Below are positions 11,678 to 21,637 of a stretch of DNA of 64,000 bases, piece by piece. The notes under the pieces were generated by a model that saw only the letters and a list, made by a program, of their open reading frames with translations, made no database searches and was not told where the DNA came from. Position numbers and translations under genes: made by a program. The DNA is from Escherichia phage EC.W14-3: the sequence record PP496998.1; one strand, written 5' to 3'. Position 1 is the stretch's first letter. Each line of letters begins with the position of its first letter.

Positions 11678-12055
11678 TGTAGTGGAATGTGGACTGAAGC
11701 TCGTTACAACTCTTTCATCAAGTCAGGGATTCGTTCTCTGACTAGAAAGTGGAAGCCCATGTTCGATGCACTAGCAGACGCCAAGACAGAGCAGAAGATT
11801 AATCCAAAGACAGGAAGACTGGCAATGCACTTTAAATGTGCCATGTGTGGTTCTGACCACCCTGTAAAGGATATGGCTATTGACCACATAGAGCCTATAG
11901 TTCCCTTAGATCATGAAGCAACTTGGGATGAAATCATCTCTCGTGCTCTGTGTGAGAAAGAAGGTTTTCAGGTTCTATGTAAAGACCCTTGTCATAAGAT
12001 TAAAACAAAAGAAGAGAATGATGCAAGAAAACAATTCAAAAAAGGAAATGAGTGA
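11654..12055 (+). CDS. HNH endonuclease
   Basis: CAMCGSDHPVKDMAIDHIEPIVP...LCKDPCHKIK: zinc-binding Cys pairs flanking the H-N-H core. Confidence 0.65.
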   Translation: MAKSEKTRCSGMWTEARYNSFIKSGIRSLTRKWKPMFDALADAKTEQKINPKTGRLAMHFKCAMCGSDHPVKDMAIDHIEPIVPLDHEATWDEIISRALCEKEGFQVLCKDPCHKIKTKEENDARKQFKKGNE

Positions 12056-12275
12056 TGATCAAAAATCTACGCAACAAGTGCTTCGCTTTCGCTATCGCAA
12101 TTGGAGAGGCGAGGTTGCTGACCGGTCCGTTATTCCACTCCGAACCTCCGTTGCTAGCTCCCGTTTTCATAACGGTGGCAAACCTTGTTGGATTATGACA
12201 GCGATAGATGTAGAGAAAGATGAGATTCGAGAGTTCAAACTCTCTGACATTATTCAGTATTACGATTTAATCTAG
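12048..12275 (+). CDS. hypothetical protein
   Basis: internal ATG of ORF 11913..12275, just after the HNH gene. Confidence 0.3.
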   Translation: MSDDQKSTQQVLRFRYRNWRGEVADRSVIPLRTSVASSRFHNGGKPCWIMTAIDVEKDEIREFKLSDIIQYYDLI

Positions 12276-12598
12276 GAACTGACATTATCACACAAGCAGA
12301 TAAAAATAAACTCTTCGACTTAATCCACGACCTATTAGAAGCTCAGAGCTTTATTGACAATGCCGATACTTGGGAGATGGAAGCAGCTGGAAAAGCTTTT
12401 GATGAAAGTGAAGAGAAACTTACTAATTTTATAAACACAATCTAGGAGGGTATATGAATGAAGAAGTTGTTATCCTTGGAAGTAAATCAGATTGGTTCTA
12501 TGGAGGCATCTCAGGATGCTTTGAAGATGAACATCCAGACTTCTGAAGAAAATTGGGATGTATGACGAATTTGATGGTTTTTAAAACTTAGAAACAAA

Positions 12599-12632
12599 TA
12601 AAGCCCCTTCCTTTCGGTTGGGGCTTTTCTTT
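12599..12632. terminator. bidirectional terminator between the convergent plus and minus gene blocks
   Basis: AAGCCCC...GGGGCTT hairpin flanked by A-run and T-run. Confidence 0.55.
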
Positions 12633-12634
12633 TA

Positions 12635-15600
12635 TCACTCCTTAGGTCGAACTCTTACACGGAGTCTCGATTGACGCTTACTGCGTTCAAGCTTCTCTGA
12701 CAATGAGCCACGTTTAATCTTAGGCTTCCCTTCGTCATTAAACTTCTCCAAGAACTGCAAGTACTCAGTACGATTTGTTGTCTTGTAAGAAGGAATCTTG
12801 ATATCAGGGTTCTCTTCAATCACACGTCTCATCTTCGCTACATCATCCCTACCAAGCAACTTACTCTTAGCCTGTTCAGCTGTAGAACCAAAGATCTTCT
12901 CCAGTGCTCTGGATTTGTTACCACCTGCGGAAGAAGCACCAAGTTTAGCAATGGCAGAGTAATCATCAGCACTAAACCAAGCTACTGGATTATCACCATA
13001 CTTCTTCTTGTTTTCAGCAGCAGTCTGCAATGCACGTACAAAGCGACGGTTGTTACCAGCCTTATCTGCACCATGAACCCTGTCTAAAACTTCAGCCACA
13101 CTAGCTAATTCATCCAAGCTCTTCCCGCTTAAGAAAGCTTTCTCTACTTTATCAGCAAAGACCTCTTCCTGTTGTTTAATGCTTTCCAAGATATCAGAAT
13201 TTGCTTGAGATTTTTCATCATCAGGTAGAGCAGAACGAATCTTCTCCATCTCCAATTCTTCCTCTTGCAGTTTCTTAATATCAGAGTCAACCTTCTGAGC
13301 CTCCTCAATAGCCTTCCTAGTATCCGCATCCAAGTTATCAAGCTTACCTTCAGTATCTCCAGTAACCTTAACAATCTCTTTCTCGATAGGAGTCATTGAT
13401 TCGTACTTCTTAGCAAACTTCTCAACATCAGCTTCGATACGAGAACGAGCATTCTGATGTTCAGTAGGAGTCATAGGTTTCTCAAGAAGTGCATAACGGT
13501 TGTCCATATAGGAACCAGCAAACGCTTCAGCATCCTCTCTAGATATGCCCTTATCTTCCATAGTACGCATCAGGCGGCGATGAATGTCATCACGTTGACG
13601 TTGTACTGCCATAAGATCATTCTCACGCTCTTGGGCCGCTTTAAGCTCTTCACTGCGCTTAACTCTCTTGTCCACATCAAACTTACGGTTCATCTCTTCC
13701 GCTTGCTCGTACATCTTGTTCCACTTGGCCTGACGAGCATCTTCCTCTGCATCAGTTAAACGACGCTGACGATCAAGGTAATCTGACTCGGCGTTGTGGA
13801 TACGTTCAATGTAACTACGGAACTTCTCTGGAGGAACTGGAGAGTTCTTGTCATGGTGAGCAGCCAACTGTTTCAATGTACGAGATTCCTGAGCCTCACG
13901 AACAGGTTTAGGTAAACCTTCCATCATCTTCTCAATCTCACTCTTCTGAGCTGCAATAGCCTCTAAAGTTTTACGTTCATTCTCAACAGCAGCCTTAGCA
14001 TCTGAACGAGCCTGAGCCTTTTTCCTGAGGGTAGCAAGACGTTCTTCACGAGCCTGTAAGTGCTTAGCAGCAGCTTCGTACTGAGAGTTCTTGTTAGCTT
14101 TGTTGAAGGCATTCACTTCTCTGTTGTAGGTGTTAATAAACCCATCCCAAATATCCTTCATCTGACCAACTTCCAAAGCCTCTTCCCTACCAGCCTTCTC
14201 TGAAGATTTAAACTTCCCATCTACAAAGTCATTCATCAGCTTACGCATAGCATCTTTCTGAGCAGGACGTAAAGGTTCTGAATCAATCAAAGCATCAATC
14301 TCAGACTGAAGCTCTTTCTTCTGATCAACCAGTTTAGGAGCATCTTTCTTATCGAAAGCTTTGTTCTCTTCTAGAGCTTGTTGGTACAGTCTATCAAACT
14401 CATCCTCACGCTGCTTCTGATACAACCTTTCAGCACGACGTTTCAGACTATCCAAGTTAGTTACGTTCCCACCTAAACCTTTCTCTTCAGCACGTAATGC
14501 CTTAGTAGCAATGTCTTCTGGCAGACCACGTTCTTTAACCCATTCAGCAAAATTAGTTCGTACAGTGTTGTTCTTAGCAGTAGCAATACCTTGCTGAGAG
14601 GCCAGCTGGTTACGAGCCATTTCTTCATGACGTTCAGTGTTGATAGCATTATCTTCCTGACGAATACGACGCATCAGTTCCTTAGGATCGCCTTTATAAG
14701 CCAAGAAGTTTTCAGCAGTAGCTTTAGCTTTAGCAGCCTTAGAGTACAGAGAACGAGCAAAGCGTTCTGCACGATCTTTAGTAGCCTGACGAGCAGCACT
14801 AGACATAGCAGCTAAACGTTCTACACCACTTGCCGGTTTAACGTCCTGTACAGCTTCCTTAGGAGCTTTAGGAGCACGAGCAGGTAACGGCTCAGCTTTG
14901 ACTGTTGGTTCCTCTACGGTTGGTTCTGGAGCCTGTGCGGCCTCTTCTTGAGCACGTTGCTGTTCCATTGCACGACGCTCCTCTAGAGGGTTACGAGCAG
15001 GGAGAGGTTCAGCCTGTGGAGCTTGTTCGACCGGAGCTTCTTGAGCTGCTGCTGCCTCTTCTTCAGCTCGACGCTGTTCAGCCTGACGGATAGCGCGTCT
15101 TTGCGCAACTAAATCACGAGCTGTGAGAGGGGTTTCTTGAGGAGTAGAAGAAGGAAGATTTTCTTCCGTCACAGTACTAGAAGAAGGCTCCCGAACCGGT
15201 TCGGTTTCCACGTCATTTTGCGTCTTAAATTTAATGTCATCAACAACTGGTTCTTCTTCCATCTTAGCACGAGCTTCATCAGCAGTAGATTTAGCACGAG
15301 CAACTTCCAAATCACCACGAGCCAGAGAGCGGATAGCTTCACTATTAGACTCTTGTTGCTTAACACGTTGAGAACGGGCACGCTGAGAAGAGAAGCGATT
15401 CAGAGCATATTTAGCAGCACCGAGAGTGTTCATCACCAGACTAGGAGAAGAAGCCTCACGGAATCCATCATCAGTCAAGGAAGTCCAACCACGATCTTGG
15501 TTGCTCATGAATTTAGCTGTATTGTTCAGAGTATAAGCATCTTGAATAGGATTAAAACCTTCAGGCATACCTTTCAGTTTCTTCAACCCACCAATAGCTT

Positions 15601-17056
15601 TCTTCATCTCTGGAGAAACATTATCAGCCATCTTCTGTAGTTCAGCAGCTTTCTCTACAAAGTTATTAAAGTCTTCGCCATCACGAGCTTTGAATCGATT
15701 TGCTTCATTGTAGAAAGTCTTGTAAGCATCAATGAAATCACGGTCGGCTTGTGTACGGTTCTTAATATCAATCGGACTACCAGTAAAATCACCAGAAGCT
15801 CGGAGAGAGGTTAATTCACGATCTAGATTATCTAGAACATCTGTAAGAGCTTTCGTGTTGTCTTTGGTGTAGTCAGCCATTGCATCCTTCATAGCAACAG
15901 CCTGCTTCTGGTTGTGCTCGTTATCAGCGAATGCTTTACCACGAGTCTTAGCAGGAGAAGCTAAAGGGTTGAGGCCCGGAATGTTGGAATGTTCTTTCTG
16001 AATGGAAGCAGCTTTCTCAGCACGAGCTTGGTCAGTATTAAGAATACGCTGAGCAGCAGGAGAGTCTACAGCAACAGCATCTGTAATACGGAATCCATTC
16101 TCATCCAGAAGGTTCAGAGCAGAAGCAGCGTTAGCAGTTTCAGCTTTAGAGTAAGCTTCTTTCAGTTCATCAATATTCTTAGCACTACGAATTAGTTCAT
16201 CATCAGCAGCAATATCAGTCTTCGCATACTCTGGAGTGTTCTTGAAGACAGTAGAATCCGGACGGTTAATCAAACCATGAACCCCACCAACTGCACCACC
16301 GAATGCAGCACCCATAGCACCTTCTTCGATAGCACCTTCTAATACATTAGCAAAGGTTGTATCATCTCCATGCTTGTTCTGAGCTTCAGCAGCACCTACA
16401 AGAGCGCCACCTTTAGCACCAGCCACTGCGTTAGTAGCAACGTTCTGACCAATACGTCCAAGTGTGGACTCAGCTGTACCAACAGCGCCCGGAAGGATTC
16501 TCTGAGCCGCATAGTTAGCACCACCAACTAAGGCTGCATCTAGAATAGATTTATCTTCCCCCTCTTCAGGGGTTTGGTCTGCATATGCACGACCTGTCTC
16601 ACGACCTGCGATGATAGCAGCAGCAGCCAATGGGTTAGCAACAGTCATACCAATATCACCAGCAACGCCAGCATACTGACCTACAGTTTTACCAATCCCA
16701 TCCTCAATCTTATCCATACGTTCTTTCAGAAGATTCTGAGAGTTCTCTTGGATACGCTTACCATAACTAGTTTGTGCTCCAGCTAGATTCTCACCAATCT
16801 CAACTAAACCACCAATACCTTTAGCAGCACTAGCTGCAATATTTGCACCACCAGATTGAAGAGCATTTGACACACCTTGAGCAAACTCACCTATAGCACC
16901 ACGTTCTTCTTGTTGTGGTTGTGCTACTGGCTGTTCCTCAGGAATAGAGCCACCTGCTGCCTTATATTGTTCTCTCATTTGAGCTTGTTGCTCCGGAGAG
17001 GCATTCAGATACGCAGGAGCTTTGGAAGCTTCTTCCCACGGTTTAATGTTAGCCAT
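12635..17056 (-). CDS. large internal virion / ejection protein (about 1473 aa)
   Basis: start placed at MANIK with AAGGAG upstream; Gly/Ala-rich N-terminus, long charged coiled-coil regions, internal repeats AEPLPAR; last gene of the structural block. Confidence 0.5.
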   Translation of the reverse strand: MANIKPWEEASKAPAYLNASPEQQAQMREQYKAAGGSIPEEQPVAQPQQEERGAIGEFAQGVSNALQSGGANIAASAAKGIGGLVEIGENLAGAQTSYGKRIQENSQNLLKERMDKIEDGIGKTVGQYAGVAGDIGMTVANPLAAAAIIAGRETGRAYADQTPEEGEDKSILDAALVGGANYAAQRILPGAVGTAESTLGRIGQNVATNAVAGAKGGALVGAAEAQNKHGDDTTFANVLEGAIEEGAMGAAFGGAVGGVHGLINRPDSTVFKNTPEYAKTDIAADDELIRSAKNIDELKEAYSKAETANAASALNLLDENGFRITDAVAVDSPAAQRILNTDQARAEKAASIQKEHSNIPGLNPLASPAKTRGKAFADNEHNQKQAVAMKDAMADYTKDNTKALTDVLDNLDRELTSLRASGDFTGSPIDIKNRTQADRDFIDAYKTFYNEANRFKARDGEDFNNFVEKAAELQKMADNVSPEMKKAIGGLKKLKGMPEGFNPIQDAYTLNNTAKFMSNQDRGWTSLTDDGFREASSPSLVMNTLGAAKYALNRFSSQRARSQRVKQQESNSEAIRSLARGDLEVARAKSTADEARAKMEEEPVVDDIKFKTQNDVETEPVREPSSSTVTEENLPSSTPQETPLTARDLVAQRRAIRQAEQRRAEEEAAAAQEAPVEQAPQAEPLPARNPLEERRAMEQQRAQEEAAQAPEPTVEEPTVKAEPLPARAPKAPKEAVQDVKPASGVERLAAMSSAARQATKDRAERFARSLYSKAAKAKATAENFLAYKGDPKELMRRIRQEDNAINTERHEEMARNQLASQQGIATAKNNTVRTNFAEWVKERGLPEDIATKALRAEEKGLGGNVTNLDSLKRRAERLYQKQREDEFDRLYQQALEENKAFDKKDAPKLVDQKKELQSEIDALIDSEPLRPAQKDAMRKLMNDFVDGKFKSSEKAGREEALEVGQMKDIWDGFINTYNREVNAFNKANKNSQYEAAAKHLQAREERLATLRKKAQARSDAKAAVENERKTLEAIAAQKSEIEKMMEGLPKPVREAQESRTLKQLAAHHDKNSPVPPEKFRSYIERIHNAESDYLDRQRRLTDAEEDARQAKWNKMYEQAEEMNRKFDVDKRVKRSEELKAAQERENDLMAVQRQRDDIHRRLMRTMEDKGISREDAEAFAGSYMDNRYALLEKPMTPTEHQNARSRIEADVEKFAKKYESMTPIEKEIVKVTGDTEGKLDNLDADTRKAIEEAQKVDSDIKKLQEEELEMEKIRSALPDDEKSQANSDILESIKQQEEVFADKVEKAFLSGKSLDELASVAEVLDRVHGADKAGNNRRFVRALQTAAENKKKYGDNPVAWFSADDYSAIAKLGASSAGGNKSRALEKIFGSTAEQAKSKLLGRDDVAKMRRVIEENPDIKIPSYKTTNRTEYLQFLEKFNDEGKPKIKRGSLSEKLERSKRQSRLRVRVRPKE

Positions 17057-17094
17057 AACGTCTCCTTTTATAAATAAAAATGTCCTACCCCCTA

Positions 17095-17103
17095 TATACA
17101 TTA
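17095..17103 (-). promoter_or_regulatory. TAATGTATA motif (reverse complement on plus strand), candidate phage-sigma promoter upstream of the 1473-aa gene
   Basis: exact 9-mer about 40 nt upstream of the start codon. Confidence 0.4.
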
Positions 17104-17123
17104 TAGAAGGCAGGACTTAGGTC

Positions 17124-18779
17124 TTATTGAGTAAACCAGCTAGTGTCTTCGACAGCTGATAAAGCACCATTGAGCTTAGGATTGGTTGCTGCACCACCAA
17201 CTGCTTCTTCTGCTTGTTCAGAGAAAACACCTAGAGGGTCATAGAAACCACCAGAAGGGATTGCACGGTTAACCAATGCAGTAGCTCTCTTCTTATCCAT
17301 ACCAGAACCGATGTAAGCTTCAATCGTAGCTCTCTTAGCATCAGCAACACCTTTCATTGCAGAGGTGTGACCAACGTTAGCTTGCTTACGAGCATAAGCA
17401 AGAGCAGAATCAGTAGGACGCCATCCAGATTTCAGTGCAAACTTGTTGCCAACACGAACGAAGATTGATGGGTCTTCTGCAAAGTGCCCCAAGTCTTCTT
17501 CGGTAAGAGAACGAGTAGCACCGATTTCAGCCCTTGCGGAGTTCATGATAGCCTGCATGTAAGCAGAACGAGCTGTCTGATAGTCTTTATCCTTAACAGC
17601 CTTATCAGCCAAATCCAAGTCTTTGTTAGACTGGTTAAACAGGCCACCTTTCTCTGCCCACTGCTTAGCAACCGTACCTTCAGCTGTATTCTGAGCAAGA
17701 CGAACTTCTTTCGGGTTAAAGTTAAAACTCTGAGCAGCTTGTTCAGCACGTTCAGCCTTAACCTTATCACGATAACCAATCAACTCTTTCTGACGTTCAA
17801 AGTTCATGTTAGCTCTTTCTTCAGCGGCACGACGAGTTTCATCAGCACGCTCACGCATAGTTTGCTCTTGAATCTGTTGACGTCTATCCCATTCAGCATT
17901 TTGTCGTTCTTCACGAGCAGCATACAACGCTTCTTTCTGAGCAGGGTCTACAGCTCTCATCTTCAGTAGAGATGGGTCTCCGTTAGCAATAGCAGCTGCA
18001 ATCGAGTCTTGAGAGAAGCCTTGTTCAATCAGAGCATCACGGTTAGCTTCCAGTTGCTTCTTAGTCTCATCTTGATTAGCCATTCCCTGACCAATCTGGA
18101 AAGCTTCAATAGGAGACTTACCTGACATAATGGAAAGACCTACACCCATCAAACCTGTGTAGAAACTAGAGTTCTGATAGAATGGTTCTTTCTGTAGCTT
18201 GTTCCAAGCTTCCGAAGGGTCTTTAGCTTTCGCAACTTGCAAGATATCATTGTTAACACGTTCCTGATCTTTAGCACGAGTAGCAGCAGCCATTCCATCA
18301 CCAGTATCTTGTCCTTGAGCAAGAGTATTAATCACACCTTGTGCCTGTTCCACCTGAGAAGGAGTAAACTCCATAGGACCAGCTTCTAACGGTTTAGTAG
18401 GAGGTGTTACCGGAAGAGGGTCACTAGGCATAAGCCCAGCATCCTGTAAACCTTGATCAGTGGATAGGTTAGGGTTAGACGCTACAGGGGCCGGTGCTCC
18501 AATATCAATACCTTGAAGACTTGTAGGAGTTCCTTGATTCTGCTGTTCCATAAGACGTTGCTGGAATCCCGGATTAACCATAGCAGTCTGATCTTCTTCT
18601 GCCTGAGAGACAAGACCCGCAAGAGATGAAGGTACAGCAGGACGTTGATACATAGAAATATCTGCTGTCTGAGTTGGTCTAGCCATATAAGGAGAGGCCG
18701 AAGCCGCTCCCGGATTAACACCATAGAAAGTATTTCTCGGGTCACGACTTCTGACCTGAGCGTAAGTTGTCTGTTGCAT
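17124..18779 (-). CDS. internal virion protein (putative)
   Basis: 551 aa; position among ejection-protein genes. Confidence 0.4.
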   Translation of the reverse strand: MQQTTYAQVRSRDPRNTFYGVNPGAASASPYMARPTQTADISMYQRPAVPSSLAGLVSQAEEDQTAMVNPGFQQRLMEQQNQGTPTSLQGIDIGAPAPVASNPNLSTDQGLQDAGLMPSDPLPVTPPTKPLEAGPMEFTPSQVEQAQGVINTLAQGQDTGDGMAAATRAKDQERVNNDILQVAKAKDPSEAWNKLQKEPFYQNSSFYTGLMGVGLSIMSGKSPIEAFQIGQGMANQDETKKQLEANRDALIEQGFSQDSIAAAIANGDPSLLKMRAVDPAQKEALYAAREERQNAEWDRRQQIQEQTMRERADETRRAAEERANMNFERQKELIGYRDKVKAERAEQAAQSFNFNPKEVRLAQNTAEGTVAKQWAEKGGLFNQSNKDLDLADKAVKDKDYQTARSAYMQAIMNSARAEIGATRSLTEEDLGHFAEDPSIFVRVGNKFALKSGWRPTDSALAYARKQANVGHTSAMKGVADAKRATIEAYIGSGMDKKRATALVNRAIPSGGFYDPLGVFSEQAEEAVGGAATNPKLNGALSAVEDTSWFTQ

Positions 18780-18792
18780 ATTTATCTCCTAA

Positions 18793-19761
18793 TTAAGTAC
18801 TAGCCAACCCACCGATTACACCCCCAGCTAATGCACCCCAAGGCCCAAAGGAAGAGCCAGCTGCTGCACCACTCATAGCTCCACCAAGGAAACCACCTTT
18901 GCCACCAGATGTTTTAGTAGTTGTAGTTTGTCCGAGAGCACCGTTAAGTACACCTGCTGCACCGAGTTGGTTATTGATATCTTGCCATCCCCAATTAGCT
19001 GCGTTCTGAGCATTCTGGTAGGCATTATCATATTCATTCTGTTGTTGCTGTTGTTGCTGCAACCCTGCATTCCATTGATTCATTATTTGCTGTTGAGACA
19101 AATTAGCACCCTGCTGACCTAGGTTAGAAAGGTTAGAACCAATATTAGAAAGACCAGAGAGAGCAGCTGCCTGATTCTGTCTATTACCAGAGAGGATGCT
19201 TTCAGCTTGGCTAATAGCCGAGTTATAGGCACTATTGGTAATATCTGTTGCTTGGCCTTGCATCTGATTCAGAGCATCACCTTGGGCAAAAGACTTAGCC
19301 ATACGAGCACCTGAACCTTGTTGACCAGCAAACTGTTGAGCTAACTGAGGAAGAGCATTACGTGCCAAGTTCTGTTGAACCTGTTCATTATTAGCTGTAA
19401 TGGCTGCTTGCACAGCGTCATCATCATACAGTTGACCAGCGAGAGCACCAATCTGCTCTCCAGTAATCCCACCTTGTCCAGAGAGGCTCTGATAACCTTT
19501 ATAGGCATTATCTAGATAACCCAAGCCTTGACCTGCTGCATCCATATACTGCTGTGAGAGAGTACCTAGAGCGCCAGATTGTGCTAGGTTGTTAAGTGCC
19601 TCTGTCTGATTGTTATTAAACCCTACATTGTCACGATAAACATAATCCCCTGAACTAGTATTACCAATCTGTTGGTTAAGCTGGTCAATATACTGTTGAA
19701 TGTATTCAGGGCGAATCATTTGGGAAGTAGTTTTACTACCCCCGCCTCCGAAAAGTCCCAT
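18793..19761 (-). CDS. Gln/Asn/Gly-rich virion protein, paralog of 19774..20826
   Basis: low-complexity Q/N-rich composition, N-terminal GLFGGGG and Gly-rich hydrophobic C-terminus shared with neighbour. Confidence 0.4.
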   Translation of the reverse strand: MGLFGGGGSKTTSQMIRPEYIQQYIDQLNQQIGNTSSGDYVYRDNVGFNNNQTEALNNLAQSGALGTLSQQYMDAAGQGLGYLDNAYKGYQSLSGQGGITGEQIGALAGQLYDDDAVQAAITANNEQVQQNLARNALPQLAQQFAGQQGSGARMAKSFAQGDALNQMQGQATDITNSAYNSAISQAESILSGNRQNQAAALSGLSNIGSNLSNLGQQGANLSQQQIMNQWNAGLQQQQQQQNEYDNAYQNAQNAANWGWQDINNQLGAAGVLNGALGQTTTTKTSGGKGGFLGGAMSGAAAGSSFGPWGALAGGVIGGLAST

Positions 19762-19773
19762 ATCAAATCTCCT

Positions 19774-20826
19774 TTAGTTTGCTCCAAATGCCCCTAAGAC
19801 ACCACCTAAGATATTACTACCTGCTGTGGATAACCAGTTAGACTGACCTTTCTGTTGAGAAAGATTAGAACCACCAATCATAGGACCAGCCATTCCAGAT
19901 TGCCCACCTGAGTTGTTATAGGAACTCCAAGCATTCTGAGTCTGTTGATTAGGAGAGAAAGCACCCATACGACCTGCAATACCTAATCCAGTGATACCAG
20001 CACCTAGGAGCTGTTGTCCAGTATTAACCCCCGGAGCAGCATTCTTAATCGTGTACCCAGCCATTGGGCTTACACTATTTAATACATTAAGTTGGTTGTT
20101 AAGCTGATTCCACCTATACTGTTGAGAGCCAATAGCGTTCTGCCAATTAATATCAGCTTGAGCTTGGGCTTGTTGCTGTTGTAGATTACCAGCCATGAGT
20201 TGATTCTGGATAGCTTGTTGAGTTGCCTGAACACCTTGAGCACCAAGATTGAGATTCTGTCCAGCCAATCCTGACTGAGCACCAAGTAAGCCCCTCTGGA
20301 AGTTTTGGTCTTGTTGAAGAGCACTGATTCCCATATTCTTGCCACTGATAGTACGAGCTAAGTTTGTATTAGCACTGTTCAGAGCAGCACCTTGAGCAGC
20401 AGCTCTACGGAGAGAGCCTGAATCAGAACCATTTCCGAGGGATACATTGGAAGCTGCCTTACTAGTCGCTTGAGCAAGAGCTGAGTTATTCAATCCTTTA
20501 CTAAAGTTATTAACACCATCAGCAGTTAGACCACCACCATTGACAATATTCTGATACTGCTGTGCAAGAGAGTTTAATTGGTCCAACCCTTGCTGTGTAC
20601 GAGGCGTGTACATATCAGCCAATTGCTTCTGAGTAGTAGAAGCTGCTAAGTTGTTCAGAGCACCCTGTTGGTTGCCATTAAACCCAGCCAGTTGTTGGGA
20701 GATGAATCCCGGATCGTTGTTCTGCATATTCTGAGCATTAGCAACAATCTGCTTCAGCAGGGCATCAACCTGAGAGGAAGGGGCCACTGTGGTTTTGCTA
20801 GAAGCTGATTTTCCAAATAAAGACAT
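19774..20826 (-). CDS. Gln/Asn/Gly-rich virion protein, paralog of 18793..19761
   Basis: same composition and termini as neighbour (MSLFGKSAS ... GVLGAFGAN). Confidence 0.4.
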   Translation of the reverse strand: MSLFGKSASSKTTVAPSSQVDALLKQIVANAQNMQNNDPGFISQQLAGFNGNQQGALNNLAASTTQKQLADMYTPRTQQGLDQLNSLAQQYQNIVNGGGLTADGVNNFSKGLNNSALAQATSKAASNVSLGNGSDSGSLRRAAAQGAALNSANTNLARTISGKNMGISALQQDQNFQRGLLGAQSGLAGQNLNLGAQGVQATQQAIQNQLMAGNLQQQQAQAQADINWQNAIGSQQYRWNQLNNQLNVLNSVSPMAGYTIKNAAPGVNTGQQLLGAGITGLGIAGRMGAFSPNQQTQNAWSSYNNSGGQSGMAGPMIGGSNLSQQKGQSNWLSTAGSNILGGVLGAFGAN

Positions 20827-20845
20827 AAGTCCTCCTTAAAGATTA

Positions 20846-21628
20846 TTACTTTACACCAATGCTAGCCAGACGTCTGAGCACTGCTTGTGTTTGTGGACTG
20901 TACTGAGAACCTGCTGCATGTGGTGCACTTGCCCTCTGAACTGTTTGAGAAGTGGGAGGTTTACCAGCAAGCATAGCAGCTACCCCTAATACTGCATTAC
21001 CAAAGTTCTGTTGAGGTTTCTGATTTTCGCCTTCCTGCACTTCATCAGAGTAAAACTCTACTGGATTTCCACCTAAAGCACCTGTCTTAGAAGCAGCAAT
21101 CTCTGCCTGAGTTGGAGCTTGTGCGGCCTTCTCTCTATCTAACAAGTCAGGACTAAACTGATTGACTGGTTGAACAGCTTGCAAAGCTCCAACAGGGTTA
21201 GCAATCTGAGAAGCTGCATCACCATAGAAAGGAAGAAAGTGTTTATTGTTCATGGAGTCAAGAGCTTGTGGAGTAAACCCCTTTTTACCAGCGAACATTT
21301 GCTTAGCTCCACCGATACCTTCTGAATAACCAACCATTGCTTTCTTAACATCACCATTAAAAGCTTTTAAGTTATCTCTTATGTAACGAGCGCCCATATC
21401 AATATTCTTTGCTGGGTCAAGTCTATCTTCTAGTTTGTAACCGTAATCTTTAGCCAACCCTTTACTGATCTGCATTAAACCTACAGGACCAGTTCCAGAG
21501 GCCACTGTAGGACGACCACTGGACTCTCTTTGGATGACAGCATGAATCAAAGCAGCAGGAATCCCATACTTCTTTGAAGCTTGCTGTACCATTGGGTCTA
21601 GTTCTTCGATACCCATTCTGATTGCCAT
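20846..21628 (-). CDS. lytic transglycosylase (SLT domain), virion-associated
   Basis: SLT motif QRESSGRP...GLMQIS with the catalytic Glu context; sits within the internal virion protein genes. Confidence 0.7.
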   Translation of the reverse strand: MAIRMGIEELDPMVQQASKKYGIPAALIHAVIQRESSGRPTVASGTGPVGLMQISKGLAKDYGYKLEDRLDPAKNIDMGARYIRDNLKAFNGDVKKAMVGYSEGIGGAKQMFAGKKGFTPQALDSMNNKHFLPFYGDAASQIANPVGALQAVQPVNQFSPDLLDREKAAQAPTQAEIAASKTGALGGNPVEFYSDEVQEGENQKPQQNFGNAVLGVAAMLAGKPPTSQTVQRASAPHAAGSQYSPQTQAVLRRLASIGVK

Positions 21629-21637
21629 AATATCTCC

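Noticed and set aside
13457-17077. Plus-strand ORFs inside the 1473-aa minus-strand gene (13457..13759, 14591..14815, 14905..15093, 15137..15640, 15989..16195, 16574..16786, 16877..17077)
   Set aside because: All are antisense to a long coherent CDS with low-complexity translations; judged to be frame artefacts
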